Origin: Candidatus Eiseniibacteriota bacterium
GTDB taxonomy: Bacteria > Eisenbacteria > RBG-16-71-46 > CAVPCR01
Direction of reading: 5' to 3'
Assembly: GCA_963823555.1 (NCBI GenBank)
Contig: CAWGMA010000001.1
Span: 352,001-416,000, forward strand
Length of the DNA: 64,000 bases
The notes beneath the pieces are model-generated. The model was given only the letters and a program-made list of their open reading frames with translations, was not told where the DNA came from and did not search any database. Made by a program: the position numbers and the translations under genes. This document shows, in pieces, positions 19,836-30,897 of the stretch (positions are counted from its first letter, which is position 1; each line of letters begins with the position of its first letter).

Positions 19836-22499
19836 TCAACGCCGGCGGCTGAGCTGGATGGCCGCTCCGATGGCGAGCGAGCCGAGAACGACCGCCAACG
19901 CCGGCAGGGCGATGGCCAGTCCGAGGGCAAAGCTCGCCGGCTCGTAGCGCCAGGCGATCGAGTGGAGCCCGGCCTCGACCGCGACCGCGCGAAAGACGCC
20001 GAAGGCCCGGGCCGCCTGCGCCGGGGCGCCGTCCACGGCCACCCTCCATCCCGGGTAGTCCTGATCGAGAAGCACGACCCAGCCCGACGTGGGGGCGGTG
20101 AGCGAGGCCGTGACCGCCAGCGGCGAGTGCACCAACCGCCCCGCCTCCGCGGCAGGGGCGGTGGGGATGGGGGCTTCGCGGGTCAGGGCGGCCGGAGGGG
20201 GCGCCGTGATCCGCGGGTAGAGAAGGTTCACGAAACGCCACAGCGCGGGCGCAGCGACCGCGCGATTGGTGGCTGCCGGCGTGAGGGCCACCATGGATGG
20301 CAGGGCGGGTCCCGCTGCCACGCCTGGAGCTCCGGTCGTCGCCGCCCGGGCCTCCGCTCGGGCCGCAGCCACGGCCACCGAGTCATCCGCAACTTCTTGC
20401 CCATTGGCACAGAAAAAGGCGCGGGGCCAGGCGCGCCCGTAGCGCGCGATGGTCAGCGGACCTCGCTCCAGGAGCTCGAGCCCCGGGAGGGCCTGGTTGC
20501 TCACGACCTCGTCGGGTTCGATGGCGAGGACATTGATGCCGCCGGCGGCAAGGAGATCCGGATCGTACGTCGCGAGCGGCCGGCGTAGGAAGGGGGCCGA
20601 CGACATCGCCGCTTCGAAGCGCGAATGAGCCCTGCTGCCGACCGCGTCGTGCAGGCGGAAGTCCTCGATCCCGTACCCGGTCAGCGTGTTGGGAGGGAGC
20701 GCGCGGCCGGTGGGGAGCACGCGGTTGATCCCGGGTAGCGCCGCGATCTCGGTCAGCGCCGCGTTGGCGGGGAACACCTCGGCGAGCGGAATGGCCGGGA
20801 CATAGCCGCGCCCGAAGTGGGCGAGATCGATCCCGAGGTGGAGCAGGAAGGCGACGGCGAGGAGCGTCCGCGCGCGGGCCAGCCGGGCCCCGGGGCCGAT
20901 GAGCAAGGCCAGCCCGAGCCCGAGGAGCCCGCTCCACAGGAGCGCCGAGCGGATCGCCGCGAACACGAGCGGCAGCCTCGCCACGTAATGACCGACGGGC
21001 TTCGCGTAGTCGCCGGCGGCGTGGCGAGCCTCCAGTTGCCGGGCTCCAGCGGCGAGCAGGGAGTCCCGGGCCAGCGGCAGGAAGAGCCAGGCGCCGAGCG
21101 CGATCAGGGCGCCCAGGGCCAGAAGCATGAAGACGATCCGGTGCTTCAGCGCCGGCTCGCTGTGGCCGCCCTTGATCGAGCCGGGATCCGGATCCCGCCT
21201 GAGCACCACCTCGAGGCCGATGGCGCCGAGGATGGCGAGCAGGAAGGTGATCGCGAGCGTGAGTCCGGTGACGTTCGCCGAGATGCGGAACAGAGGGAAA
21301 TGCTGGGCCAGCCGCCACACCGGTGTCGGGTAGACGAGCAGGAGGGCGAGGGCGAGGACGGATCCCATCGTGATGATGAGTCGCCGGCGGCCTTGCGACT
21401 GGAAACGCACCCCCGGCCTGAGCGCGCGAACGATGGCGATCAAGGCGAGGACGAAGGTCGCCATCCCCGCGTACTGAGTGGCCACTGCATGGTAGTTGCG
21501 TGGCCCGAAGTAGGTGTTGGGTCGCTCCGGGGTGCCGTAGATCTCCGGTACCAGCAGCCCGACCAGGCATGCCGGCGGATTCCAGAACCGAGTGTCCGCT
21601 CGGTTTGACATAACTGCGCCATCACGCAGATATTCAAGGAAGGGGAGGATGGCGGGCGCGGCGATGGCCGCACCCAGGAGGTGCGCGGCCAAGAAGAATG
21701 GAAGCGCCGCGCCGCGGCGCGACCGCCCACCCGCCGTCCGGCCGTGGTCGGTCTCCGCCCCGGCTCCGGCCGGGGAGAGGAACCCCGCGGCCCCGAGGGC
21801 GAAGAAGAAGATGGAGACCAGGCCGACGTAGAGCGCGGTCTCGGGATGACCGCCGAGGAGGGCGGCGCCCTGTGCGAGCGCGAGGAGCGCAGCTGCCAGC
21901 AGCGTTCCGGCACTTCCCCTTCCGAGGCGCCACGAGAGAAGGGCGATGAGCGGCAGCCACATGCTCACGTTTGCGTTGGGATGATAGAGGAGGATCGCGA
22001 TCGAGCCTGAGCCGAGGAACGCCATCGCCGCGAAGAGCGCGGCGGCCGTTCCGATCCCGAGCTCGGTGGCCAGGAGGAACATGCCGGCCCCGGCGACCGT
22101 GAGCCGGATCGCGGTCGCGACGGCGGGTGCGCGGGGCGGATCGAAGCCGCTGGCCGCCAGCTCGGCGGGGGCCAGGGTGGCCGACTGCTGGTTGGCGAGG
22201 AGGGGCGAGCCCGTGCCCGCGTAGGGATTCCACAGGGGAGGCAATCCAGCGGCTGCGAGCTGACGTGTGAGGAGCCGCCACGGGTAGAACTGCGCGGCCT
22301 GGTCGAAGAGGAGGTAGTTGGCTGCTTCCCAGTCCGGGCGGACCTCGGCCTGCCACGGCGGAAAGCGGTAGAGGAGATCGACGCCCAGGAGCGCTCGCCC
22401 CGGGGCCAGGGCCGGGGCCAGGAAGACGGCCATCCAGAACAGGATGCCACCAAGCCCCAGGAGCCGCTTGAAGGATGGGCGGCGGGTGGCGCTCGTCAC
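19836..22499 (-). CDS. YfhO-family polytopic membrane protein (GT-C glycosyltransferase-like)
   Basis: DQAAQFYPWR, PLWNPYAGTGSPLLA, LGGHPE, many TM helices, C-terminal DYPGWRVAVDG...FRAVAVEAGLHSIAWRYEP. Confidence 0.85.
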   Translation of the reverse strand: MTSATRRPSFKRLLGLGGILFWMAVFLAPALAPGRALLGVDLLYRFPPWQAEVRPDWEAANYLLFDQAAQFYPWRLLTRQLAAAGLPPLWNPYAGTGSPLLANQQSATLAPAELAASGFDPPRAPAVATAIRLTVAGAGMFLLATELGIGTAAALFAAMAFLGSGSIAILLYHPNANVSMWLPLIALLSWRLGRGSAGTLLAAALLALAQGAALLGGHPETALYVGLVSIFFFALGAAGFLSPAGAGAETDHGRTAGGRSRRGAALPFFLAAHLLGAAIAAPAILPFLEYLRDGAVMSNRADTRFWNPPACLVGLLVPEIYGTPERPNTYFGPRNYHAVATQYAGMATFVLALIAIVRALRPGVRFQSQGRRRLIITMGSVLALALLLVYPTPVWRLAQHFPLFRISANVTGLTLAITFLLAILGAIGLEVVLRRDPDPGSIKGGHSEPALKHRIVFMLLALGALIALGAWLFLPLARDSLLAAGARQLEARHAAGDYAKPVGHYVARLPLVFAAIRSALLWSGLLGLGLALLIGPGARLARARTLLAVAFLLHLGIDLAHFGRGYVPAIPLAEVFPANAALTEIAALPGINRVLPTGRALPPNTLTGYGIEDFRLHDAVGSRAHSRFEAAMSSAPFLRRPLATYDPDLLAAGGINVLAIEPDEVVSNQALPGLELLERGPLTIARYGRAWPRAFFCANGQEVADDSVAVAAARAEARAATTGAPGVAAGPALPSMVALTPAATNRAVAAPALWRFVNLLYPRITAPPPAALTREAPIPTAPAAEAGRLVHSPLAVTASLTAPTSGWVVLLDQDYPGWRVAVDGAPAQAARAFGVFRAVAVEAGLHSIAWRYEPASFALGLAIALPALAVVLGSLAIGAAIQLSRRR

Positions 22500-22565
22500 C
22501 GGGTCCTCACCGGCGAGAGAAGGGAGCTGGGGTGGTGTCCGCCGGATCTTCCATGGCGAAGGCGG

Positions 22566-22625
22566 ACGCTAGCACACTCCGGCGCCACCCGGGGGCGGGT
22601 CCCCCGGGGGCGAACGTGCTACGAT
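22566..22625. promoter_or_regulatory. Divergent extended -10 promoter pair
   Basis: TGCTAGCGT on the minus strand (22574-22566, toward the YfhO gene) and TGCTACGAT on the plus strand (22617-22625, toward aroF). Confidence 0.4.
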
Positions 22626-22692
22626 CCCCGGTCGCTCCGGTGCCGCCGGGTCGCAGGCGGGCGGAGCCATCACAAGGAGGGGCCGGAAGTCC

Positions 22693-23709
22693 ATGCTCGT
22701 CGTCATGCGCCCGGGGGCGACCCCCGCAGAGGTCACCGCGGTTGAAGAGCGCGTGCGCGCCCTGGGGTTCACGCCGCACGCGATTCCCGGCGTGCACACG
22801 ACAGCCATCGGCATCACCGGCAACCCGACCGCGATCGATCCCGGTCTCTTCGAGGAGATGGCCGGTGTCTTCGAGGCGATCCAGGTCACTCATCCCTGGA
22901 AGCTCGTCAGCCGCGAAATGCGCCGGCAGGACAGCCAGGTGCAGGTCGGTGGTGTGACGATCGGCGGTCCGGAGTTGGTGGTGATCGCTGGACCCTGCGC
23001 CATCGAGAGCCTCGAGCAGACGCTCGATGTGGCCCGCACGGTACGAGCGGCGGGGGCGCAGCTTCTCCGGGGTGGGGCCTTCAAACCCCGCACCTCGCCC
23101 TACAGCTTTCAAGGTCTGGGCGAAGAGGGGCTCAAGATCCTCGCCCGGGCTCGGCAGGAGACCGGGCTTCCCGTCGTCACCGAGGCCGTGGACGAGCGCT
23201 CCTGCGACCTGGTCGAGGCGTATGCCGACATGATCCAGATCGGAGCCCGCAACATGCAGAACTTCTCCCTCTTGAAGCGGGCGGGGCGGGCGCGGAAGCC
23301 GGTGCTCCTGAAGCGGGGCATGTCGGCGACGATCGAGGAACTCCTGATGTCGGCCGAGTACATCGCTGCCGAGGGCAACCGGAACATCGTTCTCTGCGAG
23401 CGCGGGGTGCGCACCTTCGCCAATCACACGCGCAACACCCTCGATCTCTCGATCATCCCGGCCGTCAAGCGCATGAGCCACCTACCGATCATCGTCGATC
23501 CGAGCCATGGCACCGGGCGCCGGCACAAGGTGCTCCCACTCGCTCGCGCCGGCATCGCCGTGGGCGCCGATGGGGTCATGATCGAGGTGCACAACGATCC
23601 TGACCGGGCTCTTTCCGACGGCCCGCAGGCGCTCTATCCCGAGCAGTTCCGCGAGCTGATGGCGGAACTCCGCAGATTGGCGCCCGTCGTATCGCGAGCC
23701 CTGAGCTGA
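22693..23709 (+). CDS. aroF: DAHP synthase, type I-beta with N-terminal ACT-like domain
   Basis: IAGPCAIES, RGGAFKPRTSPYSFQG, QIGARNMQN, CERGVRTF, DPSHGTG; AAGGAGG RBS. Confidence 0.95.
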   Translation: MLVVMRPGATPAEVTAVEERVRALGFTPHAIPGVHTTAIGITGNPTAIDPGLFEEMAGVFEAIQVTHPWKLVSREMRRQDSQVQVGGVTIGGPELVVIAGPCAIESLEQTLDVARTVRAAGAQLLRGGAFKPRTSPYSFQGLGEEGLKILARARQETGLPVVTEAVDERSCDLVEAYADMIQIGARNMQNFSLLKRAGRARKPVLLKRGMSATIEELLMSAEYIAAEGNRNIVLCERGVRTFANHTRNTLDLSIIPAVKRMSHLPIIVDPSHGTGRRHKVLPLARAGIAVGADGVMIEVHNDPDRALSDGPQALYPEQFRELMAELRRLAPVVSRALS

Positions 23710-23834
23710 ATGGGGCACAGCCCATGACCGGAGCGGGGAATCCGCTCGACATCACGTCGGCTCCGGCCGATAACGCCCGGTAGCGGTCTCGTCCCCCCCC
23801 GAGCCACGATCTGGCGCCACCTCACAGGAACAAC

Positions 23835-24503
23835 ATGCCATCGCCCGTCGGACATAGCCTCGCCGGCCTCGTCGTCGGCCATCTGACTCAGCTGTGGCCG
23901 GGCCGCCGCGAGGCGGCCTCCGGTCCCGGCCGGCGCTCGAAGCTGGGCGGATTGCTCTTCCTCGTGATGCTCGTCTTTGCTGCCAACGCACCCGATCTGG
24001 ACTTCCTTCCAGGTCTCCTGATCGGTGATCCCGACCGCTTCCACCATGGTCCCGCCCACAGTCTCGGCGCCGCGATCCTGTTCGGTGTGGTCTCGGGGCT
24101 CGTGGCCCGGTTGTGTCGCGCCCGCCACCCGCTGCAGGTCGGAGTGGTCATGATGCTGGCTTTCAGCTCGCATCTCTTTCTCGACATGTTCTCGCTCGAC
24201 CGCCGGCCACCCAATGGCGTACCTCTGCTGTGGCCGCTCACCGGGCACTACTACGTCGTGGCCTATCCGCTGTTCCTCGATGTCCAGAGGAGCCCCGACC
24301 AACCCAGCTTCTTCTTGAGCCTCTTCGTCGTGCACAACCTCCGGGCCATGCTCTGGGAAATGGTCGTGATGGGACTGGCCCTGGCTTTGACCCGCCTCGT
24401 GGTCTACGGTGCGCATTTGCTGGGTTGGGGAAGGCCCATGCCGGCCCCGAGCGTGCCGCCCGCCGCCCGCGAGCTGAGTCGCGAAGAGGCTCTGCGGCCG
24501 TAG
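23835..24503 (+). CDS. Membrane-bound metal-dependent hydrolase (YdjM/DUF457 family)
   Basis: MPSPVGH, PDLDF, HHGPAHSL, SHLFLD, GVPLLWP. Confidence 0.85.
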   Translation: MPSPVGHSLAGLVVGHLTQLWPGRREAASGPGRRSKLGGLLFLVMLVFAANAPDLDFLPGLLIGDPDRFHHGPAHSLGAAILFGVVSGLVARLCRARHPLQVGVVMMLAFSSHLFLDMFSLDRRPPNGVPLLWPLTGHYYVVAYPLFLDVQRSPDQPSFFLSLFVVHNLRAMLWEMVVMGLALALTRLVVYGAHLLGWGRPMPAPSVPPAARELSREEALRP

Positions 24504-24545
24504 CGAGGCGAACCGGAGACGGGGCGGAGATCCGGGAGAGAGATC

Positions 24546-25739
24546 GTGCCGACTCATCTCGCCATCATGGATGTGACCCCCGACAAACGGGGGTCGTTCG
24601 AGAACTACGCCGTTCGCTTGGCTGAGCGCCTCGAAGCCGCGGGATGGCGCTCGATCGCCGCGTTCTGGGGTCGCCCCCCGCGCTGGCTCGAGGCCGAGCT
24701 CCGGCGCGCCGGGTCGGAGCTGCTCGTGCTCTCCGAAGAACCCGAGCTCGGAGGCCGGGACGAGTGGCCGGCCGGGCCGGCTCGGGACCTGGCCATGGCC
24801 CGGCTCTTCCGCCGGCTCGCGCGCGTCATCTCCCCCGATGTGGTGCACCTCCACTTCTGCGTCGTGTTCTCGATCCTGCCGCTGGCGCTTCACCTGGGGG
24901 GCGCTCGGCACATCGTGGCCACCGAGCACATCTCGCTGCCCTTCGCCCGGCGGTCGTTGCTTCGCGACACCGTGGCGCGCGCGCGGAACGCGGTCTCCCT
25001 CCGTCACGTCGATCGCATCCTGGCCGTGTCGGGCTGGGTGCGCGAGCGGCTACTGGTCTCCGATCATGTTGCCCCGGACAAGGTCTCGGTCCTGTACAAC
25101 GGAGTCGATCTCTCCCGATTCCAGCCGCTCGACGAGCCGGTGGCGGCCGTGCGCGAGCGGTTGGATATCCCCGCCGGGAACCAGGTCGTGATCTGTGTCG
25201 GCCAGCTCATCGACTTCAAGGGCATGAACTACCTGATCGATGCCGCTCACCTGCTCCGCGACCGACCCCACCTCACCGTGCTCGTGGTCGGGGATGGCGA
25301 TCGCCGTGATGCGCTCGCCGCACAGGTGGAGCGCCTCGATCTTGCCGGTCGCGTGCGCCTGCTCGGGAAGCGCGATGACGTGCATGCCCTCCTCGCCGCC
25401 GCCGACCTCTTCGTCTGCCCATCGGTGTGGGACGAGGCTCTGGGTTACGTGATCCTCGAGGCCATGGCCGCTGGTCTGCCGACCGTGGCCAGTCGAGTCG
25501 GCGGCATCCCGGAAGTCGTTCGCGATGGCGAGACCGGTCGCCTCGTCCCGCCGCGAGATCCAGGTGCCCTGGCGCGGGCGATCGCGGATCTCCTCGACCA
25601 GCCGGATCTGCGCGCGGTCATGGCGCGGACGGGGCGTCGCGTCGTCGAGGAGCAGTTCACCATGGACAAGGCGATCGCGGACACCGCGACGCTCTATGCC
25701 GATCTCACCGCCGACTCTCGAGCCGCGCCCGCTGGATGA
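24546..25739 (+). CDS. Glycosyltransferase family 4
   Basis: YNGVD, VGQL...KG, EALGYVILEAMAAGLPTVASRVGGIPE. Confidence 0.92.
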   Translation: MPTHLAIMDVTPDKRGSFENYAVRLAERLEAAGWRSIAAFWGRPPRWLEAELRRAGSELLVLSEEPELGGRDEWPAGPARDLAMARLFRRLARVISPDVVHLHFCVVFSILPLALHLGGARHIVATEHISLPFARRSLLRDTVARARNAVSLRHVDRILAVSGWVRERLLVSDHVAPDKVSVLYNGVDLSRFQPLDEPVAAVRERLDIPAGNQVVICVGQLIDFKGMNYLIDAAHLLRDRPHLTVLVVGDGDRRDALAAQVERLDLAGRVRLLGKRDDVHALLAAADLFVCPSVWDEALGYVILEAMAAGLPTVASRVGGIPEVVRDGETGRLVPPRDPGALARAIADLLDQPDLRAVMARTGRRVVEEQFTMDKAIADTATLYADLTADSRAAPAG

Positions 25740-25797
25740 GCCACCCGAAGCTGGATCCCCTGGCCTGATCGAGGCCGGATCTGATAGAATCAAGCCG

Positions 25798-26346
25798 ATG
25801 TACCGCTCCACCCGCATTCGCCGCACGCTCCTGGTAGCCACTCTTCTCGCCATCGCCCTTGGTTCCCGGAGCGCGGCCGATCCACCGGCCATCCTCACGC
25901 TGCCCGCAGCGAGTGGCCAGGTAGGAGAGCGCATCCAGATCGCGCTCGATATCGCCGACGCCGACAGCATGCAGGCGGGACAGATCGACATCGCCTATGA
26001 TCCAGACCGCGCGCGTCCCCTTCCCGAAACACTGGAGCCTGGAGCATTCGGCAGCGTGCCGCCCGCGGCGTGGATCGCCTCGACGCCGGCCGATTCCATC
26101 TTTCGCATCGTGTTCTCGACCGCCGATACGACCGGATTCGTCGGCTCCGGCACGCTCGCCCTGTTCGATGTCGACTTGCTGGGTGAAGGGACGTCGCCCC
26201 TCTCGTTCCGGACGATCGTGCTCGAGCGGGTCCCGAATCTGATCCTCCCGGCGGAGGGCATCGACGGATCGATCACGGTCATCCCGGTCCCCGTCGAGGC
26301 CCTGACCTGGGGCCGGATCAAGCAGCGCTTCGCCGGCGCTCCGTAG
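25798..26346 (+). CDS. Secreted cohesin-domain protein with C-terminal TWGRIK motif
   Basis: Signal peptide MYRSTRIRRTLLVATLLAIALGSRSAA; cohesin-like strands (GERIQIALDI, QIDIAYDPD, GSGTLALF, GTSPLSF, DGSITV); ends VPVEALTWGRIKQRFAGAP. Confidence 0.7.
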   Translation: MYRSTRIRRTLLVATLLAIALGSRSAADPPAILTLPAASGQVGERIQIALDIADADSMQAGQIDIAYDPDRARPLPETLEPGAFGSVPPAAWIASTPADSIFRIVFSTADTTGFVGSGTLALFDVDLLGEGTSPLSFRTIVLERVPNLILPAEGIDGSITVIPVPVEALTWGRIKQRFAGAP

Positions 26347-26415
26347 CCCATCACCCGCTTTCCTCCCGGTCCGGCTTCCAGTCGCGGGCGGCACCTGCCC
26401 GGCCCAAGGATTCTG

Positions 26416-26444
26416 TTGCCCGACCGGCCTCCGGGTGCTAACGT
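26416..26444 (+). promoter_or_regulatory. pyr operon promoter
   Basis: TTGCCC, 17 nt, TAACGT with an upstream TG (extended -10). Confidence 0.5.
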
Positions 26445-26490
26445 CTCGTGCGGTCAATGGCCTCGAGCTCTTGACCAGCGATGAATCGGG

Positions 26491-28360
<1,870 letters not shown>

Positions 28361-28368
<8 letters not shown>

Positions 28369-29686
28369 GCGCAAGGCGAAGGACGAATCCCCGATCACGC
28401 TCCTCATTCGCGGCGGCCGCCTCGTGGATGCGAGCGGCACCGACCGCGTGGCGGATCTCGCCATCGCCGGGGAAACGATCGCCAGGATCGGTCCCGACCT
28501 GGCGGCCGGGTCCCAGGTCGACGTCATCGACGCCAGCGGGCTCCTCGTCTTGCCCGGGTTGTGCGACATGCACGTGCATTTGCGCGAGCCGGGAGAGGAG
28601 GACAAGGAGACGGTAGCGACCGGAGCCGCGGCGGCGGTGGCCGGTGGGTTCACTGATGTGGCGTGCATGCCGAACACGCAGCCTGCGATCGACGATCAGT
28701 CGGTGGTGCGGTTCGTGCGCGAGCGGGCCAAGGCGGCCGGATTGGCCCGCGTTCATGTGATCGGTGCGGTCACCATGGGACGTGAGGGTAGACAGCTCAC
28801 CGAGATGTCGGAGCTCTGCGAGGCGGGGGCGGTTGCCTTCTCGGATGACGGGTCGCCGGTCCGCAGCGCCGAGATCATGCGCCGCGCGCTGGAGTACGGT
28901 CGCATGGTCGAGGCGCCGATCATCGATCATTGCGAGGACAAGGATCTCGCATCGCGCGGGGTCATGAACGAGGGCCGCGTTTCCACCGAGCTCGGCCTTC
29001 CCGGCATCCCCGCTGCCGCCGAAGATGTGATGGTGGCGCGCGACGTGCTCCTGGCCGAGCTCACCGATTCCCATGTCCACATCGCTCACCTCTCCACCCG
29101 CGGAGGTGTCGAAATCGTGCGTCAGGCCAAGGCGCGCGGCGTCAAGGTGACGGCCGAGGTCACGCCGCACCACCTCACGCTCACCGATGAGGCGGTCCGC
29201 AGCTACGATCCGTCGACCAAGATGAACCCGCCACTCAGGCGGGCGGCCGACGTGCTCGCGCTCCGCCAAGGTCTCGCCGACGGAACGATCGATGTCATCG
29301 CTTCGGATCACGCGCCGCACACCGACAACGAGAAAGAGCTCGAGTTCGATTGCGCTCCCTTCGGCGTCGTCGGTCTGGAGACCGCCTTCTCGCTCATGCT
29401 GACCGAACTCGTCGACAAGGACGTGCTCGACCTGCCGGGGCTCGTACGTGTGATGAGCCTTGCGCCGCGTCGCATCCTGAGGCTCCCCGGCGGTGTGCTC
29501 GCCGAGCAGGCGCCGGCCGATATCGTGATCATCGATCCCGAGGCCCTCTGGCAGGTCGATCCCACTCGCTTCCGCTCGAAATCGCGCAACACCCCCTTCA
29601 CAGGCTTCCGCCTCCGGGGTGAGGTGGTGACGACCATCGTCGGCGGCCGGCAGGTCTATGCCCGGGCCGCGGCGGGGGCCGTGTGA
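28361..29686 (+). CDS. pyrC: Dihydroorotase (type I)
   Basis: [38 protein letters not shown]. Confidence 0.96.
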
Positions 29687-30897
29687 TGGGCGAGACGCTC
29701 CATCGCGGGCATGGCCTCGCGGCTCTCGGACCGGCGGCTCTGGCTCTCGAGGACGGGCGTGTCTTTCGCGGACGCGCCGCCGGAGGCCGCGGTCTCGCGG
29801 CCGGGGAGGCGGTCTTCTGCACCGCCATGACCGGTTACCAGGAGGTCCTGACCGATCCCTCCTATGCCGGCCAGATCATCGTCATGACCTTCCCGCTCAT
29901 CGGCAATACCGGAATCAATGGGGTCGACCACGAGTCCGAGGCACCGCGGGCCACCGGGCTCGCGGTACGCAGGATCTCGCGGTACACCACCAATCATCGT
30001 GCCGAGGAGAGCCTCGCTGGATTCCTCGACCGGCTCGAGCTCCCGGCGATCGAGGAGATCGATACCCGCGCCGTGACTCGTCATCTGCGCACGCGCGGCG
30101 CGATGCGAGCGGTGCTTGCGACCGACGAGCGAGCCGAGCTCTCCGACTCCGAGCTCGTCCGGCTCGCCGCCGCGGCGCCCGGGGTCGTTGGGATCGATCG
30201 AGCGACCGGGACGAGCCGCGGGCATCTCCTCAAGGCCCTGGCCGATGGGCGCCTGGTCCCGATTGCGGGCACGGACCCGTTCGCCGGCGGGGATGGTCCG
30301 CGTCTCGCCGTTGTCGACTTCGGCGCCAAGGCGGGCATTCCACGCGCCCTGGTCGAGCGCGGAGCGCGCGTCATCGTCGTGCCGGCGACGATATCGTCGA
30401 CCGACCTGCTCGGGTTCGCTCCCGACGCCGTGGTCCTCTCCAATGGACCGGGGGATCCGGCCCCGGTCGAGTGCGGCATCGAACTGGCCCGCGCTCTTCT
30501 CGGTCACCTGCCGATTCTCGGCATCTGTCTCGGCCACCAGCTCCTGGCGCTCGCGCTGGGACTCGGAATCGAGAAACTCCATTTTGGCCACCGCGGGGCC
30601 AACCATCCGGTCCTCGATGTCGCGACCGGGCGGGTCCTCGTGACGAGCCAGAACCACGGGTTTGCCGTGGTCGCGCCGGGTCAGGGGATGAACGGCGGGG
30701 GAGCGGCGGGCGAGATCGAGATCACGCACCTGAGCCTCTTCGATTCGACCATCGAGGGGTTCAGGCACCGGGCGCTCCGCCTCTCTGCCGTGCAGTTCCA
30801 TCCCGAGGCTTCACCCGGGCCTCATGACGCCAGCGCGATCTTCGACCAGTTCCTCGCCGACCTCTCTGGAGTGCCATGCCCCGCCGTCATGATCTGA
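29683..30897 (+). CDS. carA: Carbamoyl-phosphate synthase small subunit
   Basis: [42 protein letters not shown]. Confidence 0.96.
   Translation: MMGETLHRGHGLAALGPAALALEDGRVFRGRAAGGRGLAAGEAVFCTAMTGYQEVLTDPSYAGQIIVMTFPLIGNTGINGVDHESEAPRATGLAVRRISRYTTNHRAEESLAGFLDRLELPAIEEIDTRAVTRHLRTRGAMRAVLATDERAELSDSELVRLAAAAPGVVGIDRATGTSRGHLLKALADGRLVPIAGTDPFAGGDGPRLAVVDFGAKAGIPRALVERGARVIVVPATISSTDLLGFAPDAVVLSNGPGDPAPVECGIELARALLGHLPILGICLGHQLLALALGLGIEKLHFGHRGANHPVLDVATGRVLVTSQNHGFAVVAPGQGMNGGGAAGEIEITHLSLFDSTIEGFRHRALRLSAVQFHPEASPGPHDASAIFDQFLADLSGVPCPAVMI

Noticed and set aside
21605..21636. TTGACA in a locally AT-rich patch inside the YfhO gene
   Set aside because: No TAnnnT at 16-18 nt spacing; probably coding coincidence.
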